Positions 30,279 through 40,075 of a stretch of 64,000 nucleotides of DNA are shown piece by piece. Location of the stretch: NCBI GenBank assembly GCA_044222185.1, contig JBGANV010000002.1, forward strand, positions 736,001 to 800,000. Reading direction: 5' to 3'. Each line of letters begins with the position of its first letter. The first letter of the stretch is position 1. The notes beneath the pieces are model-generated. The model made no database searches, was not told where the DNA came from, and saw nothing but the letters and a program-made list of their open reading frames with translations. The position numbers and the translations under genes were made by a program. Origin of the DNA: Planctomycetota bacterium (GTDB taxonomy: Bacteria; Planctomycetota; GCA-002687715; CAIWVZ01).

Positions 30279-31313
30279 ATGAAGTTTCAGGACTACTACG
30301 AGGTGCTCGGGGTCCCGCGAACGGCCACGACGGACGAGATCAAGGCGGCGTACCGCAAGCTCGCGATGAAGTGGCACCCCGACCGGTACAAGGGCACCGA
30401 CAAGAAGGGCGCCGAGGACACCTTCAAGCGGATGAACGAGGCGTACGAGGTTCTCTCCGACCCCGAGAAGCGCAAGAAGTTCGACGCGTTCGGCGAGCAT
30501 TGGCGCCACGGGGAGGACTTCACTCCTCCGCCCGGTGCGCGCGGGCAGCGCATGTCCCAGGAAGAGTTCGAACAGATGTTCGGCGGCGGCGACTTCTCCG
30601 ACTTCTTCACGTCGATCTTCGGCGGCGGGGCCGGCGGTGGCGGGCGACGAACGGGGCGTGGCGGGGCGCGTCGTTCCCAGCCCCGTCCGCCCGCGGACGA
30701 CGGTGACGTGCGCGCCGAACTGGCCGTCGGAATCGGCGACGCGATCCGCGGCGGCAAGCATCAGTTCCGGATCGAGGCGCCGTCGATGTGCGCCCGCTGC
30801 TCGGGTTCCGGAGTTTCGGCGCGAGGGCGTTGTCCCGCGTGCGGCGGGATGGGCCAGACCTCCCAGTCGCGAACCGTCGAAGTCGCGATCCCCAAGGGCA
30901 CGGCCGACGGCGCCCAGCTGCGATTGCGCGGACTCGGCAACCCGTCCGAGGACGGCACGCCCGGGGATCTCTATCTGAACATCCGCCTCGTCGCCGACGA
31001 CGACTACCGCATGCGCGGGGACGACATCGAAGCGGACGTCCCGATCACGCCGTGGGAGGCGATCGAGGGGACGCGAGTCGACGTCCGCACGCCGTCCGGT
31101 CTCGTGACCCTGACGATCCCGCCTGGGACGAAGGCCGGGGCACGGTTGCGCATCCGCGGAATGGGCCTGGACGGTGCGCGCAAGCCTGCCGGCGACTTCT
31201 TCGCCGTCGTGCGATTGGCGTTGCCGGAGACGCTCACACCTCGACAACGTGAGCTGTTGGTCGAGGCGGGGCGGGCATCGAAGGGCGGGGCTGCCGGCGG
31301 CGCACGCGAGTAG
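30279..31313 (+). CDS. cbpA: DnaJ-class chaperone, CbpA-like
   Basis: J domain DYYEVLGV...HPD...NEAYEVLSDPEKR, G/F region, DnaJ_C (GDLYL, LRIRGMG). Two CxxCxGxG repeats. Confidence 0.8.
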   Translation: MKFQDYYEVLGVPRTATTDEIKAAYRKLAMKWHPDRYKGTDKKGAEDTFKRMNEAYEVLSDPEKRKKFDAFGEHWRHGEDFTPPPGARGQRMSQEEFEQMFGGGDFSDFFTSIFGGGAGGGGRRTGRGGARRSQPRPPADDGDVRAELAVGIGDAIRGGKHQFRIEAPSMCARCSGSGVSARGRCPACGGMGQTSQSRTVEVAIPKGTADGAQLRLRGLGNPSEDGTPGDLYLNIRLVADDDYRMRGDDIEADVPITPWEAIEGTRVDVRTPSGLVTLTIPPGTKAGARLRIRGMGLDGARKPAGDFFAVVRLALPETLTPRQRELLVEAGRASKGGAAGGARE

Positions 31314-31316
31314 TCA

Positions 31317-31970
31317 TCAGGCGCGGGCGTAGACTCGCTGCGCGCCGAAGCCGAACGCCACCAGATCCCCGGACCGCTCCAGGTCGACGAACGCTCGCCG
31401 CGCGCGCTGAACGCCCACGTTGTTGGCCTTGGCGAAGGCCGCGACGGTGGCGTCTCCGCCGGGCCGGTCGGACTTGCGGGTGCGCTGTTCGACCCAGGCG
31501 AGCACGCGCCGTTCCAAGGCATCCTTCGGCCCCGCTCGACCCGAGTGACCCCGAAGGGCCTTCAGCGTGGCGCCACTCGCCGTGCGGTTGCTCGATCCGA
31601 CGCGGACGACGATCTCTCGTGTCCCGTCGTCGTGCAGCACGACGTGAGGCCGATGACCGGAGAGCGGAACCCACGCGCAGATCACGGGGAGCCCGTCGAT
31701 GCGGAGGACGTCCACGTCGATCCGCGCGGGCGGCTCCACGTACCGCTCCGCGATCGCTCGGATGTGCATCGCCGTTTCCGACACCCGCCCCGCGCCGACG
31801 ACGCGCCCCTTGTCGTCGACGCCGACGAGCAGCAGGCCGCCCCGTGTGTTCGCGAAGGCACAGATCGTGCGCGCGGCCTTATCATCGCGAGGCAGCCCGC
31901 TCTTGAATTCGAGCGCGCGGCCCTCGCCGTCTTCCAGGAGCGATCGGATCTGCTGTTCGGTGAATCCCAC
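31317..31970 (-). CDS. Schlafen/AlbA_2 domain protein with short C-terminal HTH-like region
   Basis: GEGRALEFK, ICAFANTRGGLLLVGVDD and VRVGSSNR are AlbA_2 hallmarks. Start GTG 31970 inferred. Confidence 0.85.
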   Translation of the reverse strand: MGFTEQQIRSLLEDGEGRALEFKSGLPRDDKAARTICAFANTRGGLLLVGVDDKGRVVGAGRVSETAMHIRAIAERYVEPPARIDVDVLRIDGLPVICAWVPLSGHRPHVVLHDDGTREIVVRVGSSNRTASGATLKALRGHSGRAGPKDALERRVLAWVEQRTRKSDRPGGDATVAAFAKANNVGVQRARRAFVDLERSGDLVAFGFGAQRVYARA

Positions 31971-32128
31971 GAGAGTCGGGCCAGAGCGTAGCCCGCGACC
32001 GGGGCGCGGCAAGCGCGTGCTGTGCTCAAGCCGCCACGGACGGCATCCCGATCAGTCATCGAAGAGAGAGGTCCGGGTCCATCTGCAGGCACCTTCGCTG
32101 AAATCGCGGACGCGGCCCACCCACCATC

Positions 32129-33901
32129 ATGACGACGAGTGAGAGAGCTCAAACCTCGGTGAACCAGATCCGGGCGCGGACGACGTTGCTCGGCGAGCTC
32201 CTCATCAAGAAGGGAAAGCTCACCGACGAGAACCTCCAGCGCGCGCTGAAGTTCAAGAAGGAGCAAGGCTGCCGGCTCGGCCAGGCGCTGGTGACGTTGG
32301 GACTCGTCACCGAGCTCGACATCGCCGACGCGCTCAAGCAGCAAGGCCGGGTGGCGTGCATCACGCTCTACCCGGAGATCATCGACCCGAACGTCGCGGG
32401 CGAGATCGGCGAGGTCCGGTCCCGCCAGTGGAACCTGGTCGCGGTGAACCGCATCGCCGGGATGACGACCGTCGCGATGGAGGACCCTGGCGACGTCTAC
32501 CGGATCGACGAACTCTCTCGCATCTTCAACACGCCCATCATGCCGGTGCGTGCCGAGCCCTCCGCGATCACGAAGTCGCTCGAGGTGGTCTTCGGGAAGA
32601 AGGAGGAGCCACCCCCGGAGAACGCAGCCGACATCGAGGACATCATCGCTTCGGCCGGCGAGGATTTCGCCGTCAACCTGGACATCGGGACCAGCAACCC
32701 CGACGCGGAAGGGGAGAACGACGCCAACCTCGACAAGCCGATCATCAACCTCATCCGGCGCGTGTTCGAGGACGGCTATCGGGCGCGGGCCAGCGACATC
32801 CACTTCGAGGCCCGACAGAAGGCCTTCGTCGTGAGGTTCCGCGTCGACGGGTGTCTCTACGATCGCCTTTCACTGCCGCGGGGGTGGGCACGGCCCTGCC
32901 TCGCGCGTCTCAAGGTCCTCGCCGAGCTCGATCTCGCCCAGCGGCGTCTTCCGCAGGACGGTCGCGCCCAGGCGGAGATCGATGGCCGTCGCGTCGACTT
33001 GCGCGTTGCGACGACTCCGACGATCGGCGGCGAGAGCGCGGTCATCCGAATCCTGGACGGTGGTCGCGAGCTTCGCGACATCGAGAGTCTGGATCTGGAC
33101 CCGCTGCAAATGCAGCGGTTGATCGGAATGACCGAGTGCTCCGACGGCTTCGTCATGACGACGGGCCCGACGGGAAGCGGCAAGACGACGACGCTCTACG
33201 GCCTGCTCAAGCGCCTCAACAAGCCGGACACGAAGATCATCACGCTCGAGGACCCGGTCGAGAACCAACTCGATGGCGTCACGCAGATCAACGCGGCACC
33301 CAAGGTCGGACTCACGTTCGCGAAGGGCCTGCGGTCGATCCTGCGGCAAGATCCGGACGTGGTGCTCATCGGCGAGATCCGCGACGAGGAGACGGCGCAG
33401 ATCGCCGTCGAGGCCGCCCTGACGGGGCACCTCGTGCTCTCCACGCTCCACACGGTCGGTACCGCCGAGACGATCACGCGCCTCACCGAAATGGGCGTGG
33501 AGTCCTACCTGCTCGCGGACACGATCCGCGGAATCGTCAGTCAGCGTCTCATCCGGCGGATCTGCAAGGCGTGCAAGCAACTGCTCGATACGCCCCCAGA
33601 GGTCCTGAGTCGCCTCGGAATCGACCCCTCGGGGGACGTGATGTTCTTCCACGGGGCCGGGTGCGAGGAGTGCCACGGCACGGGGTACAAGGGCCGCGTC
33701 GGTCTCTACGAAGTCATGGTCATGACGCCGGCGATCGCCTCGCTCATCACCCGCGGGAAACCGACGGAGGACATCCAGGCCGAGGCGCGCGCCTCGGGCA
33801 TGACCACGCTCATGGACGACGGGATCCGCAAGGCCCGGGCCGGTCACACGAGTCTCGCGGAAGTCCTCAGCGTCACGGGGCGCCAGCAGAAACAGACATG
33901 A
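32129..33901 (+). CDS. GspE/PilB-family secretion/pilus assembly ATPase with N-terminal MshEN-like domain
   Basis: LLGELL...RLGQALVTLG tandem MshEN motifs. ASDIHFE, RRLPQDGR, GPTGSGKTTT, LRQDPDV, GEIRD, TGHLVLSTLH. CKAC/CEEC zinc motif. Confidence 0.93.
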   Translation: MTTSERAQTSVNQIRARTTLLGELLIKKGKLTDENLQRALKFKKEQGCRLGQALVTLGLVTELDIADALKQQGRVACITLYPEIIDPNVAGEIGEVRSRQWNLVAVNRIAGMTTVAMEDPGDVYRIDELSRIFNTPIMPVRAEPSAITKSLEVVFGKKEEPPPENAADIEDIIASAGEDFAVNLDIGTSNPDAEGENDANLDKPIINLIRRVFEDGYRARASDIHFEARQKAFVVRFRVDGCLYDRLSLPRGWARPCLARLKVLAELDLAQRRLPQDGRAQAEIDGRRVDLRVATTPTIGGESAVIRILDGGRELRDIESLDLDPLQMQRLIGMTECSDGFVMTTGPTGSGKTTTLYGLLKRLNKPDTKIITLEDPVENQLDGVTQINAAPKVGLTFAKGLRSILRQDPDVVLIGEIRDEETAQIAVEAALTGHLVLSTLHTVGTAETITRLTEMGVESYLLADTIRGIVSQRLIRRICKACKQLLDTPPEVLSRLGIDPSGDVMFFHGAGCEECHGTGYKGRVGLYEVMVMTPAIASLITRGKPTEDIQAEARASGMTTLMDDGIRKARAGHTSLAEVLSVTGRQQKQT

Positions 33902-34305
33902 AGACCATCCTCTTCGTTCACGACCGGCAGGGCGCGGCTCCCGACACCCAACAGTTCCTCGAGCAGTCGGGCCACGAAGTGATCGCGGTGTCGAACGGCG
34001 ATGCGGCGCTGAAATCACTCGAACGGGATCTTCCCAGCCTCGTCCTCGCGGACGTCCTCATCGACGGCATGACGGGCTTCGACCTCGTGAAACGCATCCG
34101 CCGCCAGTTCAAGGCGACGGACCTCCCGGTCATCCTGTGCTCGGCGATCTACCGGTCTCGGCATTTCCGCGAGGAAGCGCTCGCCCTCGGGGCCCAGGAG
34201 TACGTGCTCAAACCGGTGAAATACGAAGACCTCGTCGCGCGCATCGGCGAGCTCGCGATCGTGCGGACCTGCTCCATCTTCCAGAAGCCGCTGACGGTCG
34301 GGTAG
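33898..34305 (+). CDS. Single-domain response regulator (CheY-like receiver)
   Basis: ATGA overlap with the ATPase stop. LVLADVLIDGMTG (phospho-Asp), VILCSA, YVLKP. Confidence 0.85.
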   Translation: MKTILFVHDRQGAAPDTQQFLEQSGHEVIAVSNGDAALKSLERDLPSLVLADVLIDGMTGFDLVKRIRRQFKATDLPVILCSAIYRSRHFREEALALGAQEYVLKPVKYEDLVARIGELAIVRTCSIFQKPLTVG

Positions 34306-34360
34306 CTGTCGCTTGGCTCGAACTGCGCTACGGTCGCGGCTTCACCGTCCGGAGATTCGC

Positions 34361-34921
34361 ATGAAGCCCGTCGTCTCGACCGTCGTTTTCGCACTCCTGT
34401 GTGGCTTGCCGTTGAACACCAGCGTCCTCCAGGACTCTGCGCCCGAGAGTCGGGCCGCGGAGGTCCAGGCAGATCCGAAGGACGTCGAGTCGATCGACGC
34501 GATCATCGCCGCGCTCTATGACGTGATCTCCGGTCCGCCTGGCAAGGCGCGCGATTGGAATCGCTTTCGTTCGTTGTTCGTGGCCGAGGCGCGCCTCATG
34601 ACGGTGCGCGAGAATCAGAAGGGTGGCACGTCGATCGCGTCGATGACACCCGCCGACTACGTGAAACGGGCTGGGCCTTACCTCGTGAAGGAAGGGTTCT
34701 TCGAGGGCGAGGTGAGCCGCAAGACCGAGGCGTTCGGCCTGATCGCGCACGTCTTCAGCACCTACGAATCACGGCTGAAGTCCAAGGACGAGAAACCTTT
34801 CGCGCGCGGGATCAACAGCATCCAGCTCATGAAGGACAAGGATCGCTGGTGGGTCGTCTCGATCTACTGGGGTGAGGAGTCCGAGAAGTACCCGCTGCCC
34901 GCGGAGTATCTGCGGAAGTAG
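34361..34921 (+). CDS. Secreted hypothetical protein, probable NTF2/SnoaL-like fold
   Basis: GGAG RBS. Signal-like N-terminus. SIDAIIAALYDVISG...RDWNRFRSLF...AHVFSTYE...RGINSIQL...RWWVVSIYW. Confidence 0.75.
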   Translation: MKPVVSTVVFALLCGLPLNTSVLQDSAPESRAAEVQADPKDVESIDAIIAALYDVISGPPGKARDWNRFRSLFVAEARLMTVRENQKGGTSIASMTPADYVKRAGPYLVKEGFFEGEVSRKTEAFGLIAHVFSTYESRLKSKDEKPFARGINSIQLMKDKDRWWVVSIYWGEESEKYPLPAEYLRK

Positions 34922-35367
34922 GCGCGCGCCTCGCGCACGCGGGTCGAATCGACGGGGCTCTCCCGGAGCGCCAACCGTCCGGCGTCCCAGCGGGGCCTGG
35001 CCGGATCGCCGCGCGTCTCGCGGCCCTACGGGCGCCGATTTCGGCCCGGCCCGCGATCAGCACCGCCCGCCGGATTCCCTGACGCCCCGCGCCTGACCGA
35101 GATCCCCGGCACGGACGCCGGGAATCGAATCGACGGACCCTCGCGCCCGAGTGCGGCCATCCGCCCGTTCCGGCTTCGTTCGGCGCCTCGGGCGCTGCGA
35201 ATGCCGGAGATCGGCCTGGCCTCGACTGATCCTTCCACGCGGCGATCCCCGCCCTCGCCTGTAAGATGCCGCCGGCGCTCGGCGGCGCCTGGTCGGCTGA
35301 GAGTTCTCCCCGCGTGGGGAACGGCGCAACAGCGGCAATCGAACACCGCTCATGCGAAGGAGGCATC

Positions 35368-38112
35368 ATGCGAAATCTGAACGGAACCGTGACGGGCCAG
35401 GCGCTGATCGTCGTGGCGAGTCTCTTCGTCCTCTCGGCCATGGTGGCGAAGCCCGGCATGGCGCAATCGTGTGGGGGATTTCCTCCGTTGATGATCGCGG
35501 GGGTCCCGGGCACGGCGGACGCAATGTTCTGGGCGCACGCGCCGGGCGTCTCGGCGTCGTTCTCGCGGCGGCAAGTGGAGTTCCAGGCCACGCGCCTGCC
35601 CGCGGATCTGGATCCGACGGCCACGGCGCTCGTTCTGCGCCCTCGGGGCTGCGGCCACGCGTCGCCTCGCGGTGAAGTCCGGAGCCCGACGCATGTGAAC
35701 TGGTACCTGGGACAGGACCCATCGACCTGGCGGACGGATCTTTCGGCGTTCGAGCGCGTCGCATACGGGGCCGCCGGCTCGGGCATCACACTCGATTGGA
35801 GGATCACGCGCGGCGTCTTCCAGTACACGATCATCGTGGAGCCCGGCGCCGACGAATCGGTGTTCGCGTTCCAGGCCCCGCCTGTCGGGCGCTTCCTGCC
35901 GAAGGCTGACGGCAGCGTCGACCTCGATCTCGGTGCGTCGACGTGGACCCAGACGGCGCCGCGAGCCTGGGAGATCGGCGAGCTGGGAGCCCAGATCGAC
36001 GTCGACTGCAAGTTCCGCGTGGATCCCGACGGATCCCTGGGATTCGACGTGCAGCGGCGTGACCGCTCACGGCGCCTCGTCATCGACCCGTTCGTCGTGG
36101 TGACGACGCGGCTCACGGCCCAGACGGCGGCCGATGGCCTCCTCGACGTGACGACAGACCCCGCGGGGAACGTCCTCGCCACGGGAGGCATCTCGACGAC
36201 GACCATCAACTCGGATGCCTTCGTGCTCCGCCGGTCTCCCGACCTGGCCACGGCGCAGTTCCTCACGGTGATCGGCGGCACCCTCGCCGAGACGCCGAAC
36301 CGCGTCGTCGTCGCGCCCAGTGGCGACATCTACGTATGCGGCAACACGACGTCGACGAACTTTCCGACGCCCGGAGGGTATCGGACGACACAAGGCGGCG
36401 CGGGCGACGCATTCATCTCCAGGCTCACGCCGCTCGGGACCATGATCAACGGCACGTACCTCGGAGGCTCGGCCGCGGACTACGGCACGCTTGCGACGGG
36501 CGGGGGCGGGTTCCAGGTCAACGGGGGACTCGCCGTCGACAAGGCGGGCCTCGTCTACATCACCGGACAAACCGCATCGTTCAACTTCCCGACGACTCCG
36601 GGAGCGGCTTTCACGATCCGCAGTGGCGCGAGCGACGGATTCGTCTCGAAGCTCTCCGCCAATCTGGGGCAACTCGTCGCCTCGACCTACTACGGCGGAA
36701 CCAGCGACGAGACGCCGAAGGACTGCACGATCGATCCGTGGGGCGACATCCTCACGTACTCGTCCACGACGTCGAGCACGGGCGTGCCGCTGACGTCGAA
36801 CGCGCTGTCGACGTCCTTGCAAGGCACGTCCGACGACCTGCTCGTGCGTTTCGACCCCACGCTGACGCGCGTGCTGTATGCCTCGTACGTCGGCGGGAAC
36901 GGAACCGAGTTCGCGGCGCGCGTTCGCAACGGCCCACGGGGTTCGGTCTACGTCGCGGGCGTGACCACCTCGACGAACCTGGCGACGCCGGGGGCGATCA
37001 GCTCGGCGACGACGGCCGCAGGCCAGGACTGTTACGTCGCGCGACTGACGATCGGCGTTGCCGCGACGTCTCTCGACTGGGCCGCGGTTCTCGGCGGCGG
37101 CCTCACCGACTTCACGAACGGGCTCGCCGTCGACGAGGTCGGCAATGCGTACGTGTGTGGTGCGACGACCTCGACGAACTACCCCGTTCTGGCAGGCACG
37201 AGCTATTCCGGCGGAACCGCCACGGGTCCCGGCGATGGCTTCATCAGCTGCCTTTCCGCGAACGGCACCACGTTGCTTGCGAGCTCGTACCTCGGGGGCA
37301 CGGGCGACGACGCGGGCAACAGTGTCGTGCTCGGGCGTTCCTCCGGGCAGCTCGGCGTCGACGACGTCTATTTCGCCGGCTACACGACGGCCCTGCCGTT
37401 CCCTGGAGCCACGGGCGCGATCGGCGGGGGAAGCGATGGCTTCATCGCCGCGCTCCAGTTCCAGGCCGGGCCACCGCGGGTGTTGACGGTTTCGCCGGCG
37501 ACGTCCGGGCTCGCGGGCGTGCCGGTGACGATCACCGGTGGCGGCTTCCTGGGCCAGGGGACGACGACGGTGCGATTCGGAGGAGTTCCCGCCACCAGCG
37601 TCGTCGTGACGAACGCGACGACGATCACGTGCGTGGCACCGGCCGCCTCCGCCTCGGGTGCCGTGGACGTGGACGTCCAGAACAACGCGGGAACGTTCGT
37701 CCTGAATCGGGCATTCACCTACACCGTCACGAACGTCACGCCATTCGGCTGTCCGACGCCGCAGATGACGACGGCGCCACAGCTCGGGGCCGGTTTCCCA
37801 CCGGTCCAGGGCGCGCCGTTCTCGTTCGTGTGCCGCGCCGCGCAGCCCAACGTGGTCGGCTTCATCGTCGTGACGAGTGCTCGATACACCGCTCCGCTGA
37901 TGGTCGGCGCCGTGCCCGTGTGGGTCGACCTCTCGATCGCGCTGCCGATCATCCCGCTCACGTCGGATGGCGCCGGTACGTCGATCCTCGCCTTCACGAT
38001 GCCGAGTGGTCCCGGACTCTCAGGACTGAGTCTGTACGCGCAGGCGGCCTGGCCGGACGCGGCCAGCGCAGCCTTCGCAGTGACGGAAGCGATCCAGCTC
38101 ACGATCCAGTGA
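35368..38112 (+). CDS. Secreted SBBP (beta-propeller) repeat protein with IPT/TIG domain and shared C-terminal domain
   Basis: AAGGAGG RBS. Signal peptide ending GMA|Q. LVIDP followed by repeats such as AVDKAGLVYITGQTASFNFPTT and STYYGG/SSYLGG. TIG (VTITGGGF...VRFGG). Confidence 0.88.
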   Translation: MRNLNGTVTGQALIVVASLFVLSAMVAKPGMAQSCGGFPPLMIAGVPGTADAMFWAHAPGVSASFSRRQVEFQATRLPADLDPTATALVLRPRGCGHASPRGEVRSPTHVNWYLGQDPSTWRTDLSAFERVAYGAAGSGITLDWRITRGVFQYTIIVEPGADESVFAFQAPPVGRFLPKADGSVDLDLGASTWTQTAPRAWEIGELGAQIDVDCKFRVDPDGSLGFDVQRRDRSRRLVIDPFVVVTTRLTAQTAADGLLDVTTDPAGNVLATGGISTTTINSDAFVLRRSPDLATAQFLTVIGGTLAETPNRVVVAPSGDIYVCGNTTSTNFPTPGGYRTTQGGAGDAFISRLTPLGTMINGTYLGGSAADYGTLATGGGGFQVNGGLAVDKAGLVYITGQTASFNFPTTPGAAFTIRSGASDGFVSKLSANLGQLVASTYYGGTSDETPKDCTIDPWGDILTYSSTTSSTGVPLTSNALSTSLQGTSDDLLVRFDPTLTRVLYASYVGGNGTEFAARVRNGPRGSVYVAGVTTSTNLATPGAISSATTAAGQDCYVARLTIGVAATSLDWAAVLGGGLTDFTNGLAVDEVGNAYVCGATTSTNYPVLAGTSYSGGTATGPGDGFISCLSANGTTLLASSYLGGTGDDAGNSVVLGRSSGQLGVDDVYFAGYTTALPFPGATGAIGGGSDGFIAALQFQAGPPRVLTVSPATSGLAGVPVTITGGGFLGQGTTTVRFGGVPATSVVVTNATTITCVAPAASASGAVDVDVQNNAGTFVLNRAFTYTVTNVTPFGCPTPQMTTAPQLGAGFPPVQGAPFSFVCRAAQPNVVGFIVVTSARYTAPLMVGAVPVWVDLSIALPIIPLTSDGAGTSILAFTMPSGPGLSGLSLYAQAAWPDAASAAFAVTEAIQLTIQ

Positions 38113-38252
38113 GGGCCGCGCGGTCTCGCCCCTTTTCGGCGGTCGCGGAGACGAAACGCGCTCCGAGCGGCGGATGGGGGGCGCCGCTCGTTACACACGG
38201 GTGACCCGCACGGGGGGGCGGGAACCGTCAGAATGGGCAGACAGGAGATCCC

Positions 38253-40019
38253 ATGAGCTGCCCAAGGTTCGCGCTCGTCGTCGTGTGGTGGTGCGCGTGT
38301 GGCTGGGCCGTCGGAGTCGCCCAGGGGCCGGCGTCGACGACACGGCCCAAGGGCGAGATCGACCGCCTTCCGATTCGCGAGGTCACCGCGTTCAAGGATG
38401 GTCACGCCTTCGTGATCCGCCGAGGGGTCGTCCCCACGGACGGGCGCGGCAACGTGGTCCTCGACGAACTGCCCGAGCCCGTCCTCGGAACGTTCTGGCC
38501 GTTCGCGTCGCAGGCGGGACCGGCGAAGCTCGTCTCGGTCACGGCCGGGCAGCGGCGCGTCGCCGTGACGAGGACGGGCCTCACGCTCGCGGCTCTCATC
38601 GAGGCGAACGTGGGCTCGGAGGCGTTCATCACGGAGGCGGGCGGTCTTCGATATCCGGCGACCATCGTCGGCGTGCCGCAACGATCGTCCGCCGAACTCC
38701 GCGCGACGGATCCGGCGGGCTCGCGCGAACGCGCGGCGGAGAAGGCGAACCTCGTGGTCCTGAAGACGGCCGACGGCGTGAAGGTCGTCGCGCTCGACCG
38801 CATCCAGGACGTGACGATCAAGGGCGACCCCAAGCTCACGAGTCCCGTCGAGGAGTTCCGCGAAGTGCTCACGTTGAAACTCGCATGGAGCGATGGCGCG
38901 CCGCAGCCAACCGCCGACGTCGGCATGGGATACCTGCAAGAAGGGTTCCGTTGGTGGCCGAGCTATCGGGTCGTCATCACGTCCGACGGTCAGGCGACGG
39001 TCCAGCTCCAAGCGACCCTCGTGAATGATTTGGCGGACATCGAGGATGGGACGGTCCAATTGGTGATCGGAGTCCCGAGCTTCGAGGCGAAGGGGATGTT
39101 GGACCCGATCTCCCTCCAGGAGACGTTGGCTCGGGTCGCGTCGCGCCAGGACGATGCGTCACAGTTGTCGAACGTGCTCGGAAACAACGCCATCTCCAGC
39201 CAGATCATGGTCACGGCGGGAGAGGCACGGGGACGTCGCAGCGGCGCCGCTGGCGACGCGGCCGAACCGGATGCAACGGGCGAGAAACAGGAGGACCTCT
39301 TCTACTTCACCGTGAAGAACGTCACGCTCATGAAGGGGGAGCGACTCGTGACGCCGGTCGCTGAAGTGAAGGTCCCGTACAAGGACGTCTATCGGCTGGA
39401 TCTGACCTACGCACCCCCGCGGGAGATGGCGCCGAACGTCGACATCTCTCGGCAACCGTTGGCGTCGCGGCTGCTCGCCGCGCCCAAGGTTCAGCACGCA
39501 CTGCGTCTGGAGAACCAGGCGTCGTTCCCGCTGACGACGGCGCCCGCCCTGATCCTTCGGGACGAGCGCGTGCTCGCGCAGGGACTCATCACCTACACGC
39601 CTCCCGGTGGCTCGGTCGATCTGGGGCTCACCGCGGCCGTCGACGTGAAGGTCAAGAAGTCGGACGTGGAGAAGGCCCGGACGATCGGTGCCGTGCAGGT
39701 GAAGGACGCGAGGTACTCGCGCGTCGAGCTGACGGGGACGGTCGAGCTTTCGAGTTTCGCCCGCAAGCCCATCGAGATCGAGGTCACGCGATGGGTCCTC
39801 GGTGAGATGAAGTCCGCGACCGAGGGCGGCAAGGTCGAGATGGTGAACGTGCAGGAAGACGGCTCGTGGGCGGAGTCCAGGCCGCCGTGGTGGGGCTGGT
39901 ACAGTTGGCCCTATTGGTGGGCGCAGCTCAACGGTGTGGGGCGTGCCACCTGGACCGTGAAGCTCGAACCAGGCAAGTCGTCGACGCTCGGCTACGAGTG
40001 GCAGTACTACTGGCAGTGA
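38253..40019 (+). CDS. Secreted DUF4139/DUF4140-like protein
   Basis: AGGAG RBS. Signal peptide ending GVA|Q. IREVTAFKDGHAFV, MGYLQEGFRWWPSYRV, LQATLVNDL, LENQASFPLTTAP. Confidence 0.65.
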   Translation: MSCPRFALVVVWWCACGWAVGVAQGPASTTRPKGEIDRLPIREVTAFKDGHAFVIRRGVVPTDGRGNVVLDELPEPVLGTFWPFASQAGPAKLVSVTAGQRRVAVTRTGLTLAALIEANVGSEAFITEAGGLRYPATIVGVPQRSSAELRATDPAGSRERAAEKANLVVLKTADGVKVVALDRIQDVTIKGDPKLTSPVEEFREVLTLKLAWSDGAPQPTADVGMGYLQEGFRWWPSYRVVITSDGQATVQLQATLVNDLADIEDGTVQLVIGVPSFEAKGMLDPISLQETLARVASRQDDASQLSNVLGNNAISSQIMVTAGEARGRRSGAAGDAAEPDATGEKQEDLFYFTVKNVTLMKGERLVTPVAEVKVPYKDVYRLDLTYAPPREMAPNVDISRQPLASRLLAAPKVQHALRLENQASFPLTTAPALILRDERVLAQGLITYTPPGGSVDLGLTAAVDVKVKKSDVEKARTIGAVQVKDARYSRVELTGTVELSSFARKPIEIEVTRWVLGEMKSATEGGKVEMVNVQEDGSWAESRPPWWGWYSWPYWWAQLNGVGRATWTVKLEPGKSSTLGYEWQYYWQ

Positions 40020-40075
40020 TGTCGATGGCGCCGGGGCGAGGCCCTGGTGCCGGATCGCGACGGAAATCGAACCCT

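Noticed and set aside
34922-35367. Long GC-rich intergenic region with a 12-bp direct repeat (TCGAATCGACGG twice)
   Set aside because: Only two copies and no recognisable RNA family or operator; could be chance.
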